This document shows, one piece after another, positions 24,486 through 32,000 of a stretch of 32,000 nt of DNA (positions are counted from its first letter, which is position 1; each line of letters opens with the position of its first letter). The notes beneath the pieces were generated by a model, which was given only the letters and a program-made list of their open reading frames with translations, ran no database searches and was not told the DNA's origin. Made by a program: the position numbers and the translations under genes. The stretch is taken from contig NC_009954.1 of the NCBI RefSeq assembly GCF_000018305.1, positions 1,710,001 to 1,742,000 on the forward strand, read 5' to 3'. Source of the stretch: Caldivirga maquilingensis IC-167 (GTDB lineage Archaea; Thermoproteota; Thermoprotei; Thermoproteales; Thermocladiaceae).

Positions 24486-26840
24486 TTAAGAGCTTAGACC
24501 ATGGGGTGACGCCTTAATGAAGCGTATCTTAAACCCACCCATTGAGTAAACCTTATCATAAGTAACCTGTATACCAGTTAACTTACCGTATCTACCTAAG
24601 TCTATGTTAAATTCACCGGCATTACCGTAAACCTCAACAAGTAGGTTGTTGAGTACATCAGTGGTTAAGTTCATTGAATCAACCGCGCTGTACGCTATTA
24701 AGGCCCCATCCTTAACGTAGATTGGTACCCTACTTAACGGTGAGTGAACATTAATAGTGGTTGGACCCCTAATAATGCTCATACTCCAGTAATCGTACCA
24801 ATTCCCCTCAGGTAGGTAAACCGACCTAGCATCCCCTGAGAACACTGGGGCTATTAACATGTACTCGCCAAGCATATACTCATCCTCAATATCCCTGGTG
24901 ACCTCATCACTGGGGTAATCCATTACAAGTGGCCTAACGAGTGGTTTACCAGTCCTTAAACCCTCAATGACTTGGGAGTAAATGTACGGTATTAGGGAGT
25001 ACCTAAGCTTAATGAATCCTTTAACTATACTGTAGGCCTCTTCACCATAACTCCAAGGCTCCCTCTCACTTACTCCATGGAACCTACTGTGGCTTAATAG
25101 GAGCCCCATTTGAGCCCACCTAACGTAAAGCTCAACCGTGGGTTTACCACCGTAGCCGCCAATATCCACGCTTGAGTACATTATTCCCGAGGTAGCCATT
25201 GATAACACACCCCTGAGTGACGCAGCCATACCCCTTGGTGTGGAGTCAGGGTCCCCGGTCCACCTTATTGGGTACTTATGAATACCTAATCCCCCTGACC
25301 TACCCCATACAATGGGCTCACCCTTAAGGCTCCTTATGGTCTCGTAAACCACTTTATTGTAAAGCACTGGGTAGAGGTTATGTATACATGGGTTAATGCC
25401 CACTGAGTATTCACCATTTTCAGGGGCTCCTTCACCATAATCAGTCTTAATAGTGTCTGCACCTAATTCAAGCAGCTGCCTAATCCTCTCTGAGTAAGCC
25501 CTGCAGGCATCATCATTAGTGAAGTCCACTGCCCCGAAGTCATCAGTCAACATCCTGTAGTCAACTAGTTCACCTTTAATGAAGGCTGGTGTCTCAACCA
25601 TGGGCCTACCATTAACCTTAACCAGTAGGTTACGCTCACTTAATTCACTGAACCATTCACTACCCACTGCTGCATATGGGTTAACCCATATGCTTACCCT
25701 GAATCCAAGCTCATGAAGCCTACTGAACATTAGCCTAGGGTTTGGGAAACCATCATGCCACTCGAAGGTGCAGTCTGAGACTGTGAATGGGTACTTGTTA
25801 ATTAACTCAGTATACTTATCCGGCCACTTGGATTTAATGTATTCCAGGAGTGGTCTATAATTCCACCTCCCGTTAACCCTATGGTACTCCTCAAGTTCCT
25901 TAATCTCATCATCAGTAAGTCCAAGGTTCTTGAGAAACCTCTTCAAGGATGCTCTAAGGGGCCTAATGGTGTATATTGGATCAATGTGAATAACATCACC
26001 GGGTAAACCACGCCTCCTAACATCCTCAGCGAATTTAACAACATCATCCTGCGTCTTATAATCGGAGTAAATGTAACCTGAACCCCTCCATAAACTGTAC
26101 CAGACGCCGAAGGACCATAGGGGTGGTACTTCAGGATGCCCTGTGAGTTCCCAGAATGCCTTAATGATTTTACTCGGTTCATTGGATAGGATCAAATACA
26201 TGTTAACGTTACTGGGTATTATTAATTCCCCCACTCCAAGGTATCTTGAACCGAAGTCAAGCATAACACGGCAGTAAGTGTCTATGAGTAACCCATAGCC
26301 TTCAGTGGACCAGAAGAAGGGGTAGGCCACATAAGTTTTATCATTAGGTAAACCCCCTGGATCAACAACATATACCTCAAGCCTCTGCCCAACCTTATTA
26401 AGTCTACCAAACCACTCACCCATACCGTAAATACCTTCACCTGGGCTTATTGAGAATGGTACATGTAATTCATTGTTAACCCTATGAAAGTAACCAGGGC
26501 CTAGTGCAACCTTATTACTAAACACTACTCTACCACTCTTCAACACTGTTAAGGATAATGGATTAGTGTCAATGATTATTGAGTATTCACCAACACCAGT
26601 GTTAATGCTTCTAGATTCAGCAACCCCACTGGATTCGGTTAACTCAATACTAAGGGTGATTGCACTTAATGGTAGTCGTCTTATTGTTAAGTTATACGTT
26701 AACCCACTTATTGAGACCTTTGTAGTTAAAATAACTTCTGCAGTCTTCAATAATGATTCATTCTCAATGGCGAAGAAACTAATGGTTCTACAGGGATCCA
26801 TAATTGTACACAATACTTCAATATTTTTAAGTATTCCCAT
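24486..26840 (-). CDS. GH31 glycoside hydrolase (alpha-xylosidase/alpha-glucosidase, YicI/XylS-like)
   Basis: The catalytic-nucleophile context GADTIKTDYGE compares with KTDFGE of YicI. Other motifs are IRWTGDPDS and WVNPY. The 784-aa size includes an N-terminal beta-sandwich and C-terminal beta domains. Confidence 0.85.
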   Translation of the reverse strand: MGILKNIEVLCTIMDPCRTISFFAIENESLLKTAEVILTTKVSISGLTYNLTIRRLPLSAITLSIELTESSGVAESRSINTGVGEYSIIIDTNPLSLTVLKSGRVVFSNKVALGPGYFHRVNNELHVPFSISPGEGIYGMGEWFGRLNKVGQRLEVYVVDPGGLPNDKTYVAYPFFWSTEGYGLLIDTYCRVMLDFGSRYLGVGELIIPSNVNMYLILSNEPSKIIKAFWELTGHPEVPPLWSFGVWYSLWRGSGYIYSDYKTQDDVVKFAEDVRRRGLPGDVIHIDPIYTIRPLRASLKRFLKNLGLTDDEIKELEEYHRVNGRWNYRPLLEYIKSKWPDKYTELINKYPFTVSDCTFEWHDGFPNPRLMFSRLHELGFRVSIWVNPYAAVGSEWFSELSERNLLVKVNGRPMVETPAFIKGELVDYRMLTDDFGAVDFTNDDACRAYSERIRQLLELGADTIKTDYGEGAPENGEYSVGINPCIHNLYPVLYNKVVYETIRSLKGEPIVWGRSGGLGIHKYPIRWTGDPDSTPRGMAASLRGVLSMATSGIMYSSVDIGGYGGKPTVELYVRWAQMGLLLSHSRFHGVSEREPWSYGEEAYSIVKGFIKLRYSLIPYIYSQVIEGLRTGKPLVRPLVMDYPSDEVTRDIEDEYMLGEYMLIAPVFSGDARSVYLPEGNWYDYWSMSIIRGPTTINVHSPLSRVPIYVKDGALIAYSAVDSMNLTTDVLNNLLVEVYGNAGEFNIDLGRYGKLTGIQVTYDKVYSMGGFKIRFIKASPHGLSS

Positions 26841-26867
26841 TTAATGTTTTCCCTTAATTATGAATAA

Positions 26868-26875
26868 TTAATTAA
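26868..26875. promoter_or_regulatory. Palindromic TTAATTAA box, probable TATA for GH31
   Basis: Centred about 31 nt from the GH31 ATG at 26840. It is the first of two identical ATTAATTAA 9-mers in the divergent region. Confidence 0.35.
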
Positions 26876-26912
26876 GCGTAATGAGTTAGGTTAAAATTAA
26901 CTTACATAACTA

Positions 26913-26920
26913 TTAATTAA
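26913..26920. promoter_or_regulatory. Palindromic TTAATTAA box, probable TATA or operator for the GH20-like gene
   Basis: This is the second ATTAATTAA copy, centred about 37 nt upstream of the ATG at 26954. Confidence 0.3.
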
Positions 26921-26953
26921 CCTATAGATTCTAAAGCTTATTAAGGCCACCGC

Positions 26954-28624
26954 ATGCCGGTAACTATGGGTGCAGACGAAGAGATTTTAATAGTGCCGCA
27001 GCCTAAGCAATTGCAGTTTAATGGTGAATGGTTTAGATTCGACGGCTTCAGTAACCTGCCCGATAACATAGCCTCCGACTTCAATATACCTAAGGGTTCC
27101 TGGGTAATTAAGTTGAGTGAGGAGGAGGGTGATCATTGTTCAATTAATGTTAATGATGGTTTAATAGATGCCAGGGGGAATAGGTATATTTGCTATGCAA
27201 CCATTATTCAATTAACAATGCAGAGGAGGGGTTTCATACCCAGTGTTGAGGTGTATGAGGAGTTTAGCTTTAAGATTAGGGGCTTCCACCTGGATATAGC
27301 CAGGGGTGGTGTGCCGAATGTTGAGACTTTTAAAAGCATTATTAGGTGGCTTTTCTTACTTAAGTATAATTACTTCTTCATTTACCTAGAGGATCTTTAC
27401 CCATGGAGGAGTTATCCAGATATAGGTACCTTAAGGGGTAGGTTAAGTGAGGAGGAGTGGAGCACTATAGTTAATTACGGTGAATCATATGGTATTGAGG
27501 TTGTACCATCATTAGAGTTACTGGGTCACATGGAGAATATATTATCATTACCGAAGTACAGTAGGTTTAAGGAACTTTGGTGGGTTCCACGGGATGGTAC
27601 ATTGGATGCAAGCAGTGAGGATGCGAGGGCCTTCGCATTAAGGTTACTTCAGGATGTACTCGAAACCAGTAAATCAAGGCTAATACACGTGGGTGGTGAT
27701 GAAACCTGGTCACTGGGTAGGGGTAGGAGTCTTGATAAGGTTGGCTTCGTCTTTAAGGGCCCTGAATTATACCTAATGCATTATAGGGCTATATTAAACA
27801 TGGTTAAGAAGTATGGTAAAGTACCCGTGGTTTGGGGTGATATGTTAACCGGCATATACTTACCCAGTGAGGAGAGGAGCATATGGGAGAGTGTTATTAA
27901 TGATAAGTTGTGGGATGAGGTAATTATAGCTAATTGGAATTATGAACCATTGAGTGTCGAGGATTTTAGAAACATGATTGATAAGGTTGGGCACTACAGT
28001 AATCAATTAGCCTGCCCTGGTTTATCAAACTGGAATAGGTTCTACCCAGACTTTGAGAGGGCATTAACTAATGTTAAGAACTTCCTAACAGCCGCTAAGG
28101 AGAGGGGGTTAAGTGGATTCTTAATAACAGCATGGGGTGATGATGGTGAGGAATGCCTATTCACATACCTAACACCCCTGATACTGGCTTCAATGGAGAT
28201 AGCTGAGGGTATGGGTGACTGGGAGGCTAAGTGGATTAGGTTAAGTGGTGAGGATGAGGGTGTTTTAAAGGCCCGTAAATTATTTGGTAAGGGAATAGTA
28301 TCCTATAATATTAAGAACGTAATATATCTGGATAGGTTAAGTACAATGAGTAATGAGGCTAAGGAAATGATTAAGGATGAGTGGAGTAAGATACTTGATG
28401 AAATAAGTGATGTGAAACTCCCTGAGAGCCTAGAGTTAATTAGAAGCATGATGGAGCTTGGCTTAAGGGTGATTAAGGGTGAGGCTAAGGCTGATGATTA
28501 CTGGAGCATAATTGATGCATACGCCAAACTATGGTTAAGTGAAAGGAAACCGGAGGGTTTATCTAATGTATTATCCAGGTTCGGTAAATCAATGCTAATT
28601 CTCAAGTATAATTTAAGAGGATAA
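26954..28624 (+). CDS. GH20-like beta-N-acetylhexosaminidase-family protein
   Basis: IRGFHLDIARG compares with RGxxLDxxR, VVPSLELLGHME with IPEIDxPGH, and IHVGGDE with HxGGDE, the catalytic Asp-Glu pair. A later WGDM motif is also present. The segment that is normally HLTDDQGWR is divergent here (YLEDLYPWR). Confidence 0.6.
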   Translation: MPVTMGADEEILIVPQPKQLQFNGEWFRFDGFSNLPDNIASDFNIPKGSWVIKLSEEEGDHCSINVNDGLIDARGNRYICYATIIQLTMQRRGFIPSVEVYEEFSFKIRGFHLDIARGGVPNVETFKSIIRWLFLLKYNYFFIYLEDLYPWRSYPDIGTLRGRLSEEEWSTIVNYGESYGIEVVPSLELLGHMENILSLPKYSRFKELWWVPRDGTLDASSEDARAFALRLLQDVLETSKSRLIHVGGDETWSLGRGRSLDKVGFVFKGPELYLMHYRAILNMVKKYGKVPVVWGDMLTGIYLPSEERSIWESVINDKLWDEVIIANWNYEPLSVEDFRNMIDKVGHYSNQLACPGLSNWNRFYPDFERALTNVKNFLTAAKERGLSGFLITAWGDDGEECLFTYLTPLILASMEIAEGMGDWEAKWIRLSGEDEGVLKARKLFGKGIVSYNIKNVIYLDRLSTMSNEAKEMIKDEWSKILDEISDVKLPESLELIRSMMELGLRVIKGEAKADDYWSIIDAYAKLWLSERKPEGLSNVLSRFGKSMLILKYNLRG

Positions 28625-28659
28625 CAATACTTAAATAGTAGGCTTAAGCGCAATACATT

Positions 28660-29484
28660 ATGAACCTAGGGGTTTCAACATACTCCTTCTGGCACTTTGA
28701 GGGTGAGAAAATGCCCATTAACCACTACCTAGAGAGGGCTGCTAAACATGGGTTCAGTGGTGTTGAGATTCTTGAGGATCATTTAAGGGGACTTAATGAG
28801 GGGGATTTAAGGGAAGTTAAGAGAACAGCCTTCACCCTTGGATTAAGCATATACGCAGTATCTATTCACAATGACTTCGTTAACCCACTCACTGGTTCAA
28901 GGGATAAGGAGATTGAATTAGTGAAGAAGTGGCTGAACACGGCCTACATCCTTGGCGCATCCATAATTAGGATTAATTCAGGTAGATGGAGGACGATTAA
29001 GAGTTTTGATGAGTTAATGAGGAATAAGGGTAAGGAACCCCCATTACCTGGCTACAGTGAGGAGGATGCATTAAGGTGGGTTGAAGACTCAATAAGAAGT
29101 CTACTACCCACAGCGGAGGATTTAGGAATAATACTTGGCCTTGAGAACCACTGGGGGATTTCAGGTAAGGCCTCTAATATGGTTAAGATGTTTAATGATA
29201 TACAATCAAGGTACTTTAGGGCGGTAATGGATATTGGTAACTTCATTGAGGATACTTACGAGCAATTAGAAATGATAGCACCCTACACTGCAATGGTTCA
29301 CGCCAAGACATATTTCGGTGGTGGGGTATGGTATACTTTGGACATAGATTATGATAGGGTTTTCAACATGCTTAGGAATCACGGATTCAATGGCTGGGTT
29401 TCACTGGAGTATGAGGGTAGGGAGGACTATGACACTGGTGTTGCCAAGAGTAGGGAGCTGCTTCTAAGATATGTTAAGTCGTAA
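28660..29484 (+). CDS. Sugar phosphate isomerase/epimerase (xylose-isomerase-like TIM barrel, AP_endonuc_2 family)
   Basis: The pattern is typical: GFSGVEIL, IYAVSIHNDF, GASIIRINSG, ILGLENHWG, DIGNF and WVSLEYEG. An ACTTAAATAG box lies about 25 nt upstream. Confidence 0.8.
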   Translation: MNLGVSTYSFWHFEGEKMPINHYLERAAKHGFSGVEILEDHLRGLNEGDLREVKRTAFTLGLSIYAVSIHNDFVNPLTGSRDKEIELVKKWLNTAYILGASIIRINSGRWRTIKSFDELMRNKGKEPPLPGYSEEDALRWVEDSIRSLLPTAEDLGIILGLENHWGISGKASNMVKMFNDIQSRYFRAVMDIGNFIEDTYEQLEMIAPYTAMVHAKTYFGGGVWYTLDIDYDRVFNMLRNHGFNGWVSLEYEGREDYDTGVAKSRELLLRYVKS

Positions 29485-29497
29485 AGCCGCATTAGCC

Positions 29498-30655
29498 TTA
29501 ATCCTTTAAACTCTGCTGAAGCTCATTAACCCTACTCCTCAATGCCATGTTCATTATTAATGAAACTACTAGGAAGAACACGGATAATAGTATGAATAGA
29601 TTCCTCACACCAATAACCGTTGAGACAGCGCCCCCAATTAACCCACCCAGTATTGAACCCATTGAGAACATTGTGAAGAAGACCGCTGATCCCTTACCCC
29701 TCTCTACGCCTAGGCTCATGAGTAATGCTGGTGTTGATATAATGAATAATGCGTAACCAATACCCCTAATCACTTGAGCTAAATACAGGGTATTCAATGG
29801 TACAAGGGAGTATAACGTGAAGGCTAGTGATAATACTGCACCATTAATAATGAATAAGTACCTCCTAAACATTAGACTACTATCAAATAACTTACCCGTA
29901 ATAATCATTACTGGTACTTCAGCAGCCGCACCAGCAGCAATGACCTCACCCAAATATAGTATTGAACCACGTTGAGTAAATACATAGACTGGTAGGAACC
30001 AGGATGCTGATGATATTGTTAATCCAGCTATTAAGGAGTAGAGTGATAGAGCAGTCCATGTGCTTAAGGTAAGCCTAGCCGTGAATCTAGTGGAGTAGGT
30101 TTCCTTAAGCATTAAGGCAACTATGGTGAAGGCTATTAGTGTTTCAATTAAGGCGAATACAAGGGCGTACCTTAATGATGATTTAACTATTATCAATGGT
30201 ATTATTAAACTACCCCCTATCCAACCAATGGCTCCACCAATTCTAACAACACTAATATTCCTACCCAGCCTAATTACCGATATTTCTGATGATGAAGCCA
30301 ACATTAGCGTTGAGAAACCCCCAGCCAGAAACCCCATAAGCACTGACGCCACCATATAGTAGTTCACCCGTGGGTTTAACATTAGGAGCAGTGTAATGAG
30401 GGATACTGTGAGTAAATCAATAATAATTACCCTCCTCCTACTCTTCACTATGTCTGATAAGTAGCCTAATGAGTATTGACCCATCATGGACGCTATGTTG
30501 TATAATGTGCTGAATAGGCCTATCTCAATTAAAGTTAAGCCGCTGGCGTAGAGGATGTAGACTGAGAATAATGCGTAAAGCGGCACCACCGACCACATTA
30601 GGGCGTATGCAATTAATAGTACTAATTCTATCGAAGCATTTAACTTAAACTGCAC
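29498..30655 (-). CDS. MFS-type transporter
   Basis: The protein has 10-12 hydrophobic helices and an MFS motif-A-like loop, GYLSDIVKSRRR, after TM2. It uses a GTG start at 30655. Confidence 0.75.
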   Translation of the reverse strand: MQFKLNASIELVLLIAYALMWSVVPLYALFSVYILYASGLTLIEIGLFSTLYNIASMMGQYSLGYLSDIVKSRRRVIIIDLLTVSLITLLLMLNPRVNYYMVASVLMGFLAGGFSTLMLASSSEISVIRLGRNISVVRIGGAIGWIGGSLIIPLIIVKSSLRYALVFALIETLIAFTIVALMLKETYSTRFTARLTLSTWTALSLYSLIAGLTISSASWFLPVYVFTQRGSILYLGEVIAAGAAAEVPVMIITGKLFDSSLMFRRYLFIINGAVLSLAFTLYSLVPLNTLYLAQVIRGIGYALFIISTPALLMSLGVERGKGSAVFFTMFSMGSILGGLIGGAVSTVIGVRNLFILLSVFFLVVSLIMNMALRSRVNELQQSLKD

Positions 30656-30676
30656 TAATCAGTGACTGGCTACTGA

Positions 30677-30686
30677 ATTAAAGCTT
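30677..30686 (-). promoter_or_regulatory. TATA-containing 10-mer TTAAAGCTTA, copy 1 (MFS promoter)
   Basis: Centred about 26 nt from the MFS GTG at 30655. An identical 10-mer is repeated 38 nt away. Confidence 0.4.
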
Positions 30687-30714
30687 AACTGAGTTTACCT
30701 AAATAAGGCATAGC

Positions 30715-30724
30715 TTTAAAGCTT
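30715..30724 (+). promoter_or_regulatory. TATA-containing 10-mer TTAAAGCTTA, copy 2 (dipeptidase promoter)
   Basis: Centred about 24 nt upstream of the ATG at 30743. Confidence 0.4.
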
Positions 30725-30742
30725 AGAGGCAATGCAACTACT

Positions 30743-31681
30743 ATGAGGATTGCTGATCTACATGAGGACATATCATGGGGAACATCACAATACTTCAATG
30801 ATACTATTAATGGCCCAGCTCAATCAAGTATTGCTCAATTAGCTAAATTTGACCAAGCATTAGTCTTCGCGGCAATATACCCCCATGTTAGGACGTGGAA
30901 TGAAGATGCGGATAAGATTAAAGCACTCTATGGTAGGGCAACAAACCCAACTCACTTTTCACTTGACCTAATACTTGATCACCTTAAATTCTACTACTAC
31001 CTGGAGAGGAGGGGATTGGTTAAGATAATTAGAGACGCTGATGATGAGTTAAGTAGTGTTAACTTCATCATATCCCTAGAGGGGACTGATGCATTAAGGG
31101 ACGTGTATGACTTGTATATACTTAAGAACCTTGGTGTTAGGGTTATTCAATTAACCTGGAATTATGATACTAAGTTTGCTGCATCATGCAATTCAAGGAA
31201 GGATTACGGCTTAACAGGTGAGGGTGAGGAATTAGTTAAGTTAGCTAATGATCTCGGCATGTTAATTGACTTAGCCCATGCAAGTAAGCAAACCGTGCTT
31301 GATACCGCTTCAGTATCCAGGAAACCAATTATAGTTAGTCACGCTAATGTTAGGAAGCTTAAGGATTCCCGTAGGAACCTTGATGATGAAATGATTGAGG
31401 CTGTTGTTAAGACTGGTGGAGTCATAGGGGTTACTGCAATACCATCCCTACTACCTAAACCAAGCATTGAGGGTGTGGTGGATAACATTAAGTATATTGG
31501 TGAGAACTATGGTTGGGAACACGTGGCAATAGGTACTGACTTCCTTGGAATGTACCCTGATGAAGTAATAAGTGGACTTGAGTCCATTGAAAAACTAAGC
31601 GTACTCAACAGCATACTGGGTGATGAGGCTGAGAAGGTGTTGTGGAGTAATGCCTACAGGATGCTTAAGTACATAGGATAA
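30743..31681 (+). CDS. Membrane (renal-type) dipeptidase, peptidase family M19
   Basis: DLHEDISW compares with DGHNDL. Other motifs are SLEGTDAL, VIQLTWNYDTKFA, LIDLAHAS, IIVSHANVR...RNLDDE, GGVIGV and HVAIGTDF. Confidence 0.75.
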   Translation: MRIADLHEDISWGTSQYFNDTINGPAQSSIAQLAKFDQALVFAAIYPHVRTWNEDADKIKALYGRATNPTHFSLDLILDHLKFYYYLERRGLVKIIRDADDELSSVNFIISLEGTDALRDVYDLYILKNLGVRVIQLTWNYDTKFAASCNSRKDYGLTGEGEELVKLANDLGMLIDLAHASKQTVLDTASVSRKPIIVSHANVRKLKDSRRNLDDEMIEAVVKTGGVIGVTAIPSLLPKPSIEGVVDNIKYIGENYGWEHVAIGTDFLGMYPDEVISGLESIEKLSVLNSILGDEAEKVLWSNAYRMLKYIG

Positions 31682-31711
31682 TTAACAATACTATCCTGTA
31701 CCTAATGCTCA

Positions 31712-32000
31712 TTACCTCTTACCACGGTTCCTAGTCAATAAATCCCTCACTTCATTCTTCCAAATGTACCCAGCCACCCTCCTACCCTCCTTGGTTAAAT
31801 CATAGTAAATCCCCCTTCCCCTTCTTTCAGGGTTATGCTGCTTAACCTTAAGCCATGGTTTAACCGAACTAGTCACCCTACCCTTTAGACTCCCCCTGAA
31901 CTCCTGAAGCAGGTTAAGTTGAACAAGATGCCTACAAGCGTTCTCAACCTCATCCTCAGGAACTACTGGACTCCAGCCTGCTGCACCGAGGAGTCTTCTG
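31712..32000 (-). CDS. 3' fragment of a small basic, probably winged-helix DNA-binding protein (continues off the right edge)
   Basis: Absent from the ORF track because it is truncated. My minus-strand translation gives ...EDEVENACRHLVQLNLLQEFRGSLKGRVTSSVKPWLKVKQHNPERRGRGIYYDLTKEGRRVAGYIWKNEVRDLLTRNRGKR, with the stop at 31712-31714. The helix / beta-hairpin wing pattern (IYYDLTKEG) suggests a wHTH fold. Confidence 0.4.
   Translation of the reverse strand, partial: RRLLGAAGWSPVVPEDEVENACRHLVQLNLLQEFRGSLKGRVTSSVKPWLKVKQHNPERRGRGIYYDLTKEGRRVAGYIWKNEVRDLLTRNRGKR

Noticed and set aside
21206-30359. ORFs 21206-21505, 23236-23589, 25943-26182, 26566-26844, 29052-29246, 29547-29756 and 30123-30359
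   Set aside because: They are antisense or out of frame within the GT2, ABC ATPase, GH31, TIM-barrel and MFS genes, with no independent support.
1-32000. CRISPR arrays, tRNA/rRNA genes, IS elements, integrases, toxin-antitoxin or recognisable defence genes
   Set aside because: I found no direct-repeat/spacer periodicity, no cloverleaf-capable conserved tRNA boxes in the intergenic gaps, no transposase or integrase motifs, and no terminal inverted repeats. The window reads as core chromosome with envelope and glycan accessory genes.

Overview
The window is a gene-dense (about 90% coding) chromosomal segment that looks crenarchaeal. The evidence is an archaeal-type uS11, an archaeal NMN adenylyltransferase, a family-4 UDG, AGG/AGA-Arg and TTA-Leu codon bias, and A/T boxes centred 24-29 nt upstream of most start codons, which implies leaderless mRNAs. 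A Thermoproteales (Caldivirga/Vulcanisaeta-like) origin is my inference only. I found no rRNA, tRNA, CRISPR array, transposase or integrase.

Housekeeping genes: nnr, uS11, thiL-like, NMNAT, UDG, an M24 peptidase and myo-inositol-1-phosphate synthase.

Envelope and glycan genes:
- a repetitive, sequon-rich S-layer-like surface protein
- a GntR regulator convergent with a GH116-like hydrolase
- a PgaC/IcaA-like processive GT2 synthase, convergent on an ABC-2 exporter operon
- a GH31 / GH20-like / TIM-barrel / MFS / M19 dipeptidase island

Best candidates for undescribed biology:
1. A TAATG-coupled tandem paralog pair (15678-16981) encoding coiled-coil proteins with SHOCT-like repeats. The first copy carries a novel-looking Cys4 module.
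2. An overlapping three-gene membrane operon (7574-10378): a SpoIIM-like protein plus two polytopic glycoprotein-like proteins, with no ATPase.
3. An orphan T2SS-F/FlaJ-like platform gene with no ATPase or pilin partner.
4. A solitary uS11 gene with a Gln-rich N-terminal extension that shares one palindromic TATA box with divergent thiL.

All family assignments rest on motifs read by eye. No database search was run.
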